From Planctomycetota bacterium (GTDB lineage Bacteria > Planctomycetota > B15-G4 > SIAN01), in the NCBI GenBank assembly GCA_009691715.1, contig SIAN01000013.1:24868-88867 (forward strand): DNA of 64,000 nucleotides, written 5' to 3'. Numbering within the stretch: position 1 is the stretch's first letter; each line of letters begins with the position of its first letter. Made by a program: the position numbers and the translations under genes. Positions 19,770 to 29,089 of the stretch are shown here, one piece after another. The notes below the pieces were generated by a model. The model searched no databases and had not been told where the DNA came from. It saw only the letters and a list, made by a program, of their open reading frames with translations.

Positions 19770-20882
19770 TCAGTGGATCCTGTCGAACGACGCTCCGTTG
19801 AACTTGAACACGCCATTTCCTGCCAACCACAGGTCGCCATGGCGATCCGTGTAGATACCCATGATGTCCTTGCTCGTCAGCCCGTCTTCGGCCGTGTAGT
19901 TCCTCAATGACTTGCCGTCGTATCGCCAGGCACCATGCTCGACGGTGCCGAACCAGATGTTTCCAGTTCGGTCTTCTCCGATCGAAAACACACGATGCAG
20001 CGAGGGGGAATCATCGGTCACATCCCCAAGCTCATGTGTCAGTCGCCCAACGCGTTGGTCCAACTTGCCAAGCCCTTTCTCCTGGGTGAAATTAATGGCG
20101 GCGTCTCCGTCATGCAGGATGACCCCAATCCCATTGTTTCCGATCCAGAGGTTTCCCTTGCTGTCCTCGAGCACGCATCGGACGTGAAGCGAACCGGCGT
20201 CCTCTTTGAGGCCCAGGCTCTTGTCGTCGATGACGGTGAAGGACTCGCCGTCGTACCCGACCACCGCGGAGTAGGTGGCGAACCAGCGCCTCCCGCCTTT
20301 TCCCGTGGACATGCCTGTCGTTGCGTACGCCGCGACCGTGTTGCGATCCGCGGGGAGGGGGTATGCGAGGTAGGTGAAGGTCATTCCGTCGTACCGATAC
20401 ACCCCCGGCTGCCCTTCCACCTCGGTCGCCCCGATACTTCCATCCTCCTTGAACCATAGGTCTCCCGTCCTCAGCAACCACTCGTCCTTCGACGTGTAGT
20501 TCTTGCTGGTGTAGCTGATGATCCTCTCCCCGTCGAAGCCGCTGATCCCCACCCCTCCCTCGAACCAAACAACCCCGTTTCGATCCTCTTGGATCGATCT
20601 GATCTGGTTGTCGCTCAGGCCGTCTTCCACGGTGAAATAGGTGAGACTCTCACCGTCGAATCGGCAGACGCCCTCCTTCCAGCTTCCGAACCAGTAGTTG
20701 CCCTTGCTGTCCTCGAGGATGGAGCGCACGGTCTCGAAACGGAGCCGTGCAGGCGCAGCGGTAGCGCCGTCTTCCTGCTCCGATCTCGTCACGTCCGGAT
20801 TCGTCGTGCAGGAGGTTGCACCGACAAGAGCGAGCATGAAGAGTGCTGCCAGAACACGACGCACCTGACCGCTCGTGATCAT
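19770..20882 (-). CDS. Lipoprotein with two-component-regulator-propeller (Reg_prop)-like beta-propeller repeats; atypically low GC
   Basis: 370 aa from ATG 20882. Signal/lipobox MITSGQVRRVLAALFMLALVGATSC. Repeated ...EDSKGNxWFG / EDRNGVVWF / EDRTGNIWFGT / TDRHGDLWLA motifs followed by ..YDG.. strands. Hand counts of two 60-nt lines give 33-34 G+C, versus 43 for lines in flanking genes. Confidence 0.8.
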   Translation of the reverse strand: MITSGQVRRVLAALFMLALVGATSCTTNPDVTRSEQEDGATAAPARLRFETVRSILEDSKGNYWFGSWKEGVCRFDGESLTYFTVEDGLSDNQIRSIQEDRNGVVWFEGGVGISGFDGERIISYTSKNYTSKDEWLLRTGDLWFKEDGSIGATEVEGQPGVYRYDGMTFTYLAYPLPADRNTVAAYATTGMSTGKGGRRWFATYSAVVGYDGESFTVIDDKSLGLKEDAGSLHVRCVLEDSKGNLWIGNNGIGVILHDGDAAINFTQEKGLGKLDQRVGRLTHELGDVTDDSPSLHRVFSIGEDRTGNIWFGTVEHGAWRYDGKSLRNYTAEDGLTSKDIMGIYTDRHGDLWLAGNGVFKFNGASFDRIH

Positions 20883-21183
20883 CGACTGCTCCACTTCAAC
20901 AAGAGACCAATTCGCACTCTCATCACCCGTGTCGATTGAGCTCCTTGTCTGCCCAACGTCTACTGATGACGGGCGGGAACTCGCAGTTGATTTCCCGACG
21001 CGCTCGGCTGCGCCGCTCCGTTCTTCATGGACAGCAGCGCGAGCGTCGCCGCCGGCGACTCGCTCCGCACGACTAGCAACCGCCCGTCGCGATCGGGCCC
21101 GCAGAGGGTGTGGACGATCGGCTGGCACTGGTGCTGCTCCGCTCGATTCGCGGCCATGGCGCCGGCCTTCAGTTGCGAGCGCG

Positions 21184-22727
21184 TCAGCGCGCGACGTCGG
21201 CGTCGGCGGCGGCCTCGGCCAGCAGGCGGTCGAGCGCGGCGCGGTCGAGGTAGACACCGCCGCGGATTACGGCGCGGATGCGCGCGAGGTGGCGCACATC
21301 CTCGAGCGGGTTCGCGTCGAGCAGGACGAGGTCGGCCGCCTTGCCGATCGCAACCGTGCCGATCTCGCGTTCAAGTTCGAGCGCGATCGCCGGGAGCAGC
21401 GTCGCTGACTGCAGCACTTCAAGCGGCGTCAGCCCGGCCTGCGCCAGCAGTTCGAACTCCTCGTGCAGGCTGTACCCGAAGTACACGAACGGGAAGCTGT
21501 AGGCGGCGTCGGTTCCGGCGAGGATGCGCGCGCCGCCGCGGTGGAGGTCGCCGACCATCCGCACGCGGTTCGCGCGCTTCTGCTGCCAGTCGCGCCGGAT
21601 CTTCGCGTCGTCGTCGCCGCCGAGATCGACCCTGCCGAAGAACCAGCCGCGTTCCTGCGCCATCGACTGAAGCCATTTGCGCACCTCGGCGGGCGGCACC
21701 GACGCGAGGCGAGGATCCTCGAAGAGCTTCGCCAGCGCCTGGTCTTCCTCGGCGATGACGTCGTCGCGGTAGCGCGCGAGCCCCTTTACCAGCGTCGGCG
21801 TGAACCAGGTGCCGCTGCGCGCGAAGCGCCGGCCGAGCTCCTAGGCAACCGCCGGATCGTACGTCTCGATCCCGAGATGAAAGGTCTCCTGCTCGAGCTC
21901 GTAGCGCCGCTTCCAGTCGTCCTTCACCTCCGCGTCGACCTGCTCGCGCAACTTGCCGCGAATCACCGGTTCCGCGGTGCAGGCGTCCATCCGGTGGCGA
22001 AACGAGTGCTCGATGAAACGCCTGCCCGCGTCCGATGCTTCAGCGGCCGTCAACTCGAGCGGCACGTGGCCGGCGAGCGGCAGGCCGCGCTTCCTCGCCT
22101 CGTCGGCGATGGCGAAGAAGCAGTCGCGCGGCAGCTGCGTGTAGACCTTGACGAAATCCATCCCGCCATCGTCGAGGGGCGCCACCGTCGCGCGCGCTTC
22201 GTCTGGCGTCGCGACCGACCAGAACTGCTTGAAGATCGGATTCGGTCCGTCGATCAGCGGGCCACTGGTGACGAAGCGCGGCGCAAGCAGCCGTCCGGCC
22301 GCGATCTCCTCACGCAGTGCGGCGATCTCCGCGAACGGCAGGGTCGTGTTGGGATCGCGGAATCCGGTGATGCCGTTCGCGAGGAGCAGCCGGCGCGTCC
22401 GCTCGAAGCGACCGGACATGAGCGCGTGGGCGTGGCTGTCCCACAGTCCCGGGATGAGGAAAGCGCCGTCCGCGTCGATGAACCGTGCGGCGACGACCCG
22501 CTCCGCGCCGACGTCGCCGATGGCGGCGATGCGGCGGTCGCGGATCACGACCTCCTGACCCTCGAGCCGTCCTCGACGTTGACGACGGTCACGTTGCGCA
22601 GGACGTACGGATCGAGCAGGTCGGTCGGCGATCCGGTCGGCGGAGTTGCGCAGTTCGTCACGACCGCTCCCAGCAGTGCGGCCGTGAGCGGCGAAACGCT
22701 GTGGCAACGCATGCGAGCGGTCTCCAT
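21184..22727 (-). pseudogene. Secreted metal-dependent amidohydrolase-family gene disrupted by one frameshift (~22560) and one in-frame TAG (21841-21843)
   Basis: N-terminus (22545-22727 frame): signal-like MRCHSVSPLTAALLGAVVTNC...YVLRNVTVVNVEDG. It continues in another frame as LEGQEVVIRDRRIAAIGD...FIDADGAFLIPGLWDSHAHA (the HxH metal motif). After ...YDPAVA comes TAG, then the same frame continues as ELGRRFARSGTWFTPTLV...ILAGTDA...DLVLLDANPLEDV to the stop at 21184. Confidence 0.7.
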
Positions 22728-22857
22728 GACGGGTAGGGCGGGCGTGACGGTAGGGCGTGGCGCGCGCCGACGGAATCGCTTTCCATTTCGGTCGGGTGGG
22801 CGCGCGGCCGATCACTTTCCCGCGACGGCACGGCAGCCGGCGCGGGGAGCCAGACGC

Positions 22858-24081
22858 ATGTCCATCCGCACGCTGCTCGATTTGATGGTCCAGAAGGAGG
22901 CGTCCGACCTGCACTTGAAAGTAGGCAGCCCGCCCGGCCTTCGCATCCACGGCGACCTCAAGCCGATTCCGGGCGAGCCGGTACTGACCGCGAACATGAC
23001 GCGCGCCTACTGCGACGAACTGCTGACGACCGAGGCGCAGCGCGCCACCTACGAGAAGAACTTCGATGTCGACTTCAGCTACGGTGTCGCGGGGCTCGCC
23101 CGTTTCCGCGTGAACCTGTTCCGCCAGCGCGAAAACTGCGGCGCGGTGCTGCGGAAGATCCCGTTCCAGGTGCCGCCGCTCGAGTCGATGAACTTCGGGC
23201 CGGTGATCAAGGAGTTGTGCGCCAAGCCGCGCGGGCTCGTGCTCGTGACCGGGCCGACCGGCTCGGGCAAGTCGACCACGCTCGCCGCGATGATCGACTA
23301 CATCAACGCCACCGAGCACGGCCACATCCTCACGCTCGAGGACCCGATCGAATTCGTCCACCAAGACAAGAAGTGCTTCGTCAACCAACGCGAGATCGGC
23401 ACCGACAGCAAGAGTTTCGGCAACGCGCTCCGTTCGGCTCTGCGCGAAGATCCTGACGTGATCTTGGTCGGCGAGATGCGCGACCTCGAAACGATCTCGC
23501 TCGCGGTCACGGCCGCCGAGACGGGCCACCTCGTGTTCGGCACGTTGCACACGACCAGCGCGGTGCAGACGGTCGATCGCATCATCGACGTCTTCCCGCA
23601 TGACGCGCAGCAGCAGATCCGGATGCAGCTCTCCGTCGTGCTGCAGGGCGTGATCTCGCAGACGTTGCTGCCCAAGCAGGGCGGCGGGCGTTGCTGCGCG
23701 CAGGAGATCATGATCGGCACCGATGCCGTGCGCAGCCTGATCCGAGAAGGCAAGACGCAGCAGCTCTTCAACGTGCTGCAGACCGGTCAGCAGTTCGGCA
23801 TGCAGACGCTCGAGGCGCATCTGGTGAAGCTGGTGCAGCAGGGACTGATCACCGCGGCCGACGCGGTGTCGCGCTCGAACAGCCCGGCCACGGTGGTGGC
23901 GATGCTGAAAGGCGCCGCCACGGCCGCCGGCGTTCCTGCTGGCAATGCGGCGGTGGTACCACCCGTCGAACCGCTTTCAGGCGCCAAGCTCGCGGCGAGC
24001 CGGCCGATCGCGAAGCCAGACGGCGGCGTCGACGATTTCGAGAAGTTCCGGCAGCAGCGGCGCGTCGACTCGCGCAGTTGA
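22858..24081 (+). CDS. pilT: Type IV pilus retraction ATPase PilT-family protein with a ~60-aa Ala/Pro-rich C-terminal extension
   Basis: 407 aa from ATG 22858 (GGGGAG upstream; in frame with the 872-aa track ORF). ASDLHLKVGSPP, Walker A GPTGSGKSTT, ILVGEMRD, GHLVFGTLHT and AVRSLIREGK are PilT signatures. Confidence 0.88.
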   Translation: MSIRTLLDLMVQKEASDLHLKVGSPPGLRIHGDLKPIPGEPVLTANMTRAYCDELLTTEAQRATYEKNFDVDFSYGVAGLARFRVNLFRQRENCGAVLRKIPFQVPPLESMNFGPVIKELCAKPRGLVLVTGPTGSGKSTTLAAMIDYINATEHGHILTLEDPIEFVHQDKKCFVNQREIGTDSKSFGNALRSALREDPDVILVGEMRDLETISLAVTAAETGHLVFGTLHTTSAVQTVDRIIDVFPHDAQQQIRMQLSVVLQGVISQTLLPKQGGGRCCAQEIMIGTDAVRSLIREGKTQQLFNVLQTGQQFGMQTLEAHLVKLVQQGLITAADAVSRSNSPATVVAMLKGAATAAGVPAGNAAVVPPVEPLSGAKLAASRPIAKPDGGVDDFEKFRQQRRVDSRS

Positions 24082-24173
24082 GCGCGCCGCGCCGGCGCGG
24101 CAACGGCAGGGATTTCCGGCTTCAGATCAGGGCCGCCCCTTGGGCGACGATGGCCTGCCGCTCGAAAGATGGA

Positions 24174-25148
24174 TCATTCTCCTCCTTCTTGTAGTCGGGG
24201 CCCGGTACGGCGAAAGCCGGACTGGGCCCTGGCTATTTCCGGAGCGGCGTTGAAGAGCCGGCTCCACGGCACGAAGACCGCGTAGAGCGGCAGGTAGAGC
24301 CAGAACGGCGCCCGCATCGTGACCCAGATGCCGAGGTGGATCGCCGCCGCCGCAGGAACGAACAGCAGCGCGAGCCGCCGTTGCCACAGCACCAGCGGGA
24401 AGAGCAGTTCGACCAGCAGCGCGCCCCACGACAGCACGACGCACAGGCCGTGATGGCGCGCGAGCCAGACGCTCGAGCTCGTCCCCCAGAAGACGCCTTC
24501 CTGCAGCAGGTAGCCCTGCAGCGTGTAGCCGTTCAGCCACTGCCATCCGCTCGCGCCGAGCTTGCAGACCGCCGCCGACAGGTAGCAGAGCGCGAACAAC
24601 CACTGCATCAGCTCGAGCGGCCAGCGGGCGAGTTCGCTGGCGGCGGCAGGCGGCGACCCGCGCCGGCGGGCGAGCCATGCGTCCAGCGCCAGCGCATCTC
24701 CCGACGGCGCGGCCGCCAGCGCCAGCAGCGCCAGCACGGTGAGCGCCTCGATGTGATGGTGCTCGTGGTAGGAGTAGCCGTACCCCGAAATCAGCAGGTT
24801 GCCGAGCGCGAACAGCAGCAGCGTGGTCCGCGTGAACAGGCCCGCGAGCGCGAACGCGCCGGCGCAGATGCTGGCGCGGAGCACCCACTCCATCGCCGCG
24901 AGCGGGGGCCGGAAGCCGTCGCAAAACGGCAGCAGCAGCAGTCGCACGATCGGCACCGGCTCCCACTGCGAGTCGGGCAATGCGGCCAGCAGATCGAGCC
25001 GCCCCCACACCGGGAAGGTGAAGAGCGCGTACGGGAAGAGCATCACGAACAGCAGCGTGCCGACCACCAGCAGTCGCAGGATGGCGAGGTCGCGCACGGG
25101 CGCCGCAGCGAAGAAACGGCGCTCGACGAACTGACTGAGACGACTCAC
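24174..25148 (-). CDS. Polytopic membrane protein, HTTM (vitamin-K-dependent gamma-carboxylase-like) domain candidate
   Basis: 324 aa with about 7-8 hydrophobic helices. The N-terminal pattern VRDLAILRLLVVGTLLFVML, followed by conserved Trp/His-rich loops (YSYHEHHHIE), fits my recollection of HTTM proteins; not verified by search. The GTG start overlaps the upstream gene stop (GTGA). Confidence 0.5.
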   Translation of the reverse strand: MSRLSQFVERRFFAAAPVRDLAILRLLVVGTLLFVMLFPYALFTFPVWGRLDLLAALPDSQWEPVPIVRLLLLPFCDGFRPPLAAMEWVLRASICAGAFALAGLFTRTTLLLFALGNLLISGYGYSYHEHHHIEALTVLALLALAAAPSGDALALDAWLARRRGSPPAAASELARWPLELMQWLFALCYLSAAVCKLGASGWQWLNGYTLQGYLLQEGVFWGTSSSVWLARHHGLCVVLSWGALLVELLFPLVLWQRRLALLFVPAAAAIHLGIWVTMRAPFWLYLPLYAVFVPWSRLFNAAPEIARAQSGFRRTGPRLQEGGE

Positions 25149-25690
25149 TGTCCGGCCTCGCCGCTCGATTCCGTGAGCGGGTAGCGCGGCCCGATGATCC
25201 GCTCGCCATCCGCGACGCCGTCGCGAACGACGATCGCCGGCACGTCCTCGCAGCGCAGTTCCATCAGCGCCACGCCGCCGCGTTCACTCCAACGTCGCGC
25301 GAGCGGCAGTGCCTTCGCGGTCGCGCCACCGCGCAACGGATTCAGCCATTGGTCGCGAAACTCGCGGAACGAGAGGCCGACCGATTCAGGCGTGAGGGTG
25401 TGTCGCGCGCCGGTCGCATCGAGCCCTACGACGCTGGGCCGCGAGATCGCGCGTCCTTCCTTCCAGTGGTCCGAATACATGTCGTAGGCGAGGAACGGCC
25501 AGAGCGTCGGGTTCGGTGCCAGTCGCAACGGCGCGAGCTGAGGCAGTCGTTTCGAGGGCGCCAGCAGCTTGAGGCCAGCGATCGTCTGTAGCGCAAGGAA
25601 CAGCCCGATCACCGCGAGCGCGAGGCGACGTTGGCGCCAGCGCGATGGCGGCGGCGGAGCGTCAGGGGAGATGTGCAGGGCGTGGTCCAT
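25145..25690 (-). CDS. Hypothetical single-pass membrane-anchored protein, translationally coupled to the HTTM-like gene
   Basis: 181 aa. N-terminal anchor RLALAVIGLFLALQTIAGLKLL, then a soluble domain (WPFLAYDMYSDHWKEGR...). Its stop overlaps the downstream start by 4 nt. Confidence 0.55.
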   Translation of the reverse strand: MDHALHISPDAPPPPSRWRQRRLALAVIGLFLALQTIAGLKLLAPSKRLPQLAPLRLAPNPTLWPFLAYDMYSDHWKEGRAISRPSVVGLDATGARHTLTPESVGLSFREFRDQWLNPLRGGATAKALPLARRWSERGGVALMELRCEDVPAIVVRDGVADGERIIGPRYPLTESSGEAGQ

Positions 25691-25747
25691 GGCCAGACTG
25701 AGACGGGCGCGAGCCCGTAGGGTCGCTGAGGGTCGTGGAGGAGTCGT

Positions 25748-25761
25748 GGGCTCTAGAGCCC
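25748..25761. promoter_or_regulatory. Perfect 14-bp palindrome GGGCTCTAGAGCCC in a divergent intergenic region (candidate operator)
   Basis: Read directly from the sequence; self-complementary over all 14 nt. Lies between the divergent starts at 25690 (-) and 25993 (+). Confidence 0.4.
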
Positions 25762-25764
25762 GGA

Positions 25765-25927
25765 TGATTCATGAGCCCCTACTTCGGCTAGGTCTGCCGG
25801 CGCATGACTTCGTCGGAAAACCGCGTTCCTTCCTCTGCGGGTCTGCAGACCCGCATCGTCGGAGCCGCGATTTTCATCCTCGTCCTGCACCGACATCCCG
25901 TCGCCTCGCAATGGGGATCATGAATCA
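25765..25927. repeat. 15-nt inverted repeat pair (TGATTCATGAGCCCC ... GGGGATCATGAATCA, 14/15 complementary) bracketing ~130 bp
   Basis: Left arm 25765-25779, right arm 25913-25927. The reverse complement of the right arm differs from the left arm at one position. It encloses the 20-bp palindrome and a lower-GC stretch. Confidence 0.45.
25836..25855. promoter_or_regulatory. Perfect 20-bp palindrome TGCGGGTCTGCAGACCCGCA (candidate operator or hairpin) upstream of guaB
   Basis: Read directly; fully self-complementary. It lies 138 nt upstream of the guaB start. Confidence 0.45.
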
Positions 25928-25992
25928 CCCGCGCTAGAGGGCGTGGCGATCCGCCGATGGTATTCGCCGCCGCGCACAGGTATGCAGGTTCC

Positions 25993-27462
25993 ATGGCGCT
26001 CTCGCACCGCATCCTCACGACCGGCCTCACCTTCGACGACCTGTTGCTGCTCCCCGGCCGCAGCGAAGTGCTCCCAACCTCGGTCGACCTGTCGACACGC
26101 TTTTCACGGCGGGTCGAGCTGAAGGTCCCGATCTCCAGCTCGGCGATGGACACCGTCACCGAAGCCAATCTCGCCATCGCGCTGGCCCGCCAGGGCGGCA
26201 TCGGCGTGATCCATCGCAACCTGACGGCCGAGGAGCAGGCGCGCCAGGTCGAGAAGGTGAAGCGCAGCGCCAACGGCGTGATCCTGGACCCGGTCACGCT
26301 GCCACCCGACGCCGACGTCGGCCGCGCCCGCGAACTGATGGAGACGCACTCGATCTCCGGCATCCCGATCGTCGACGCCGGCAAGGTGGTCGGGATCCTT
26401 ACCCGCCGCGATCTGCGCTTCCAGGAGGCGGCCGGCTCGAAGGTCCGCGATGTCATGACGAAGACGCCGATCACGGCGCCGCCGGGCACGACGCTCGATC
26501 AGGCCAAGAAGATCCTGCACCAGCGCAAGATCGAGAAGCTGCTGCTGGTCGATGGTGAGAACCGCCTGCAGGGTCTCATCACCATGAAGGACATCAAGCA
26601 CCTCGACGAGTACCCGAACGCCTGCCGCGACACGCGCGGGCGGCTGCGGGTTGCCGCGGCGGTCGGCGTGTTCGACGAGGAGCGCTCGGCGGCGCTGGTC
26701 AAAGCCGACGTCGACGTGCTGGTCGTCGACACCGCGCACGGCCATTCGCTGAACGTCATGAAAACGGTCCGCATGCTGAAGGACCGCTTCCCCGCCATCG
26801 ACGTCGTCGCCGGCAACATCGCCACCACCGAAGCTGCCGAGGCGCTGGTCGAGGCGGGTGCCGACGCTCTGAAGGTCGGCATCGGGCCGGGCTCGATCTG
26901 CACCACACGCATCGTCGCTGGCGTCGGCGTGCCGCAACTCACGGCCATCGACTTCTGCGTCGAACCGGCGAAACGCGCAGGAGTACCGCTGATCGCGGAC
27001 GGCGGCATCCGCCATTCGGGCGACATCGTCAAGGCGCTGGCGGCGGGCGCGTCGTGCGTCATGCTCGGCGCACTGTTCGCCGGCGTCGACGAGTCGCCGG
27101 GCGAGACCGTTCTGTTCCGCGGTCGCACCTACAAGGAGGTGCGCGGCATGGGCTCGATCGGCGCGATGATGGACGGCTCCGATCGCTACGGGCAAGGCAA
27201 GCTGAAGCAGCGCGACAAGCTGGTGCCCGAAGGCGTCGAAGGATTGGTGCCGCAGCGCGGTCCGCTCTGGCAGTTCGTCTACCAGCTCTGCGGTGGCGTG
27301 AAGAGCGGCATGGGCTACGTCGGTGCGGCGACGATCTCGGAGCTGCAGTCGAAGGCGCGCTTCGTGCAGGTCACGAGCGCCGGGCTGCGCGAAAGCCACG
27401 CGCACGACATCAAGATCACCCGCGAAGCGCCGAACTACTTCGCCGCCGATGCGGAGGCATGA
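25993..27462 (+). CDS. guaB: Inosine-5'-monophosphate dehydrogenase
   Basis: 489 aa from ATG 25993 (in frame with the track ORF). [17 protein letters not shown], a CBS pair region, catalytic loop [12 protein letters not shown], and [17 protein letters not shown]. Confidence 0.93.
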   Translation: MALSHRILTTGLTFDDLLLLPGRSEVLPTSVDLSTRFSRRVELKVPISSSAMDTVTEANLAIALARQGGIGVIHRNLTAEEQARQVEKVKRSANGVILDPVTLPPDADVGRARELMETHSISGIPIVDAGKVVGILTRRDLRFQEAAGSKVRDVMTKTPITAPPGTTLDQAKKILHQRKIEKLLLVDGENRLQGLITMKDIKHLDEYPNACRDTRGRLRVAAAVGVFDEERSAALVKADVDVLVVDTAHGHSLNVMKTVRMLKDRFPAIDVVAGNIATTEAAEALVEAGADALKVGIGPGSICTTRIVAGVGVPQLTAIDFCVEPAKRAGVPLIADGGIRHSGDIVKALAAGASCVMLGALFAGVDESPGETVLFRGRTYKEVRGMGSIGAMMDGSDRYGQGKLKQRDKLVPEGVEGLVPQRGPLWQFVYQLCGGVKSGMGYVGAATISELQSKARFVQVTSAGLRESHAHDIKITREAPNYFAADAEA

Positions 27463-27463
27463 G

Positions 27464-29089
27464 GTGGCCGCGGCTGATCGCCAGCGGGTCCTGATCCTCG
27501 ATTACGGGTCGCAGTACACCCACCTGATCACGCGCCGCGTGCGCGAGCTCGGCGTCTACGCGGAGACGCTGCCGTGCTGGGTGGCGAGCGAGGACGCGCC
27601 GGATGCGGCGAGCGGTCTGGTCGGGATCATCCTTTCGGGCGGCCCGAACAGCGTCTACGACGCGGGTGCACCACAGGTCTCGGAGTGGGTGCTGAAGCGG
27701 GGAGTGCCGGTGCTCGGGGTCTGCTATGGGATGCAGGCGCTCGCCTACAAGCTCGCCGGCCGGGAGGCGGTCGCACGCGGCGCGAAGGGCGGCGAATACG
27801 GCCACGCGCAGCTCGAGCGGGTGGATGGTGCCGACGGGGGCAGTGGCGCTGACGGAGTCGGTGGTACCGACGAGAGCCCGCTCCTGCGCGGGCTGAGCCG
27901 CTCGACCAACGTCTGGATGAGCCACGGCGACAGCGTCGCCAAGGTACCGGCCGGCTACCGCTTGATTGGCCGATCTCCGACCTGCCCGATCGCCGCCATC
28001 GAGGATCGCGCGAATCGGATCTGGGGCATCCAGTTCCATTCCGAGGTGACCCACACGACCGAGGGACGGACGCTCCTTTCGAACTTCCTCTACGCGATCT
28101 GCGGCGCCACCAAGAGCTGGGCGATGGAGTCCTTCCTCGAGGAGGCGAAGCAGAAGATCCGCGCGCAGGTCGGCAAGGGACGCGTGATCCTCGGGCTGTC
28201 GGGCGGCGTCGACTCGTCGGTCGCGGCCGTGCTGCTGCACGACGCGATCGGCGAGCAGCTCACCTGCATCTACGTTGACAACGGCCTCATGCGCGCCGGC
28301 GAATCGGACGAGGTGGTCGCCACCTTCCGCGACCACTTCAAGATCCAGCTGCGCGCGGTGGACGCCGGCGAGCGCTTCCTCACCGCGCTCGCCGGCGTCT
28401 CTGATCCGGAGCAGAAGCGCAAGATCATCGGTCGCGTCTTCATCGAGGTGTTCGAGGCCGAGGCGCGGTCACTCGGCGATTCGGCGCTCGGCGACGCCAA
28501 GTTCCTCGGTCAGGGGACGCTCTATCCCGACGTGATCGAGTCGGTGTCGCCCAAGGGTGGGCCATCGCACACGATCAAGACCCACCACAACGTCGGCGGC
28601 CTGCCGGAGAAGCTCGGCCTCGCGCTGGTCGAACCGTTGCGCGAACTGTTCAAGGACGAAGTGCGCGAGCTCGGTCGCCGTCTCGGCGTGCCGGCGACGA
28701 TCCTGCAGCGCCATCCGTTCCCGGGTCCCGGCCTCGCCGTCCGCTGCCTCGGCGCGCTCGACCCGGAGAGCCTCACGCTGCTGCGCGCGGCCGACAAGAT
28801 CGCGCGCGAGGAGCTCGACAAGAGCGGCTGGATGGCGAAGACGTCGCAGGCGTTCGTCGTGCTGTTGCCAGTCCGCAGCGTCGGTGTGCAGGGCGACTGC
28901 CGGACCTATGGTCGCGTCGCGGTGCTGCGCGCGGTCGAGACCGAGGACTTCATGACGGCGGGGTGGGCCAGGCTGCCGCACGAACTCTTGGCCACGATCT
29001 CGAGCCGCATCACGAACGAGGTGCGCGGCATCAACCGCGTCGTGTTCGACATCACGAGCAAGCCGCCCGCGACCATCGAGTGGGAGTGA
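27464..29089 (+). CDS. guaA: GMP synthase (glutamine-hydrolysing)
   Basis: 541 aa from GTG 27464 (GGAGG 6 nt upstream; ATG 27449 is an alternative, both in frame). ILDYGSQYTHLITRRVRELGVY, GVCYGMQ, ATP-PPase SGGVDSSV, and C-terminal KPPATIEWE. Confidence 0.93.
   Translation: MAAADRQRVLILDYGSQYTHLITRRVRELGVYAETLPCWVASEDAPDAASGLVGIILSGGPNSVYDAGAPQVSEWVLKRGVPVLGVCYGMQALAYKLAGREAVARGAKGGEYGHAQLERVDGADGGSGADGVGGTDESPLLRGLSRSTNVWMSHGDSVAKVPAGYRLIGRSPTCPIAAIEDRANRIWGIQFHSEVTHTTEGRTLLSNFLYAICGATKSWAMESFLEEAKQKIRAQVGKGRVILGLSGGVDSSVAAVLLHDAIGEQLTCIYVDNGLMRAGESDEVVATFRDHFKIQLRAVDAGERFLTALAGVSDPEQKRKIIGRVFIEVFEAEARSLGDSALGDAKFLGQGTLYPDVIESVSPKGGPSHTIKTHHNVGGLPEKLGLALVEPLRELFKDEVRELGRRLGVPATILQRHPFPGPGLAVRCLGALDPESLTLLRAADKIAREELDKSGWMAKTSQAFVVLLPVRSVGVQGDCRTYGRVAVLRAVETEDFMTAGWARLPHELLATISSRITNEVRGINRVVFDITSKPPATIEWE

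Noticed and set aside
21841-21843. The in-frame TAG as a recoded codon (pyrrolysine or programmed read-through)
   Set aside because: It is a single occurrence in a gene that also carries a frameshift. No pyl genes or read-through context are visible in the window. A nonsense mutation or sequencing error is the simpler explanation.
21463-24081. 872-aa ORF on the plus strand
   Set aside because: Only the last 407 codons (from 22858) are PilT. The upstream part is antisense to the amidohydrolase pseudogene and has Arg/Ala/Glu-rich junk composition.
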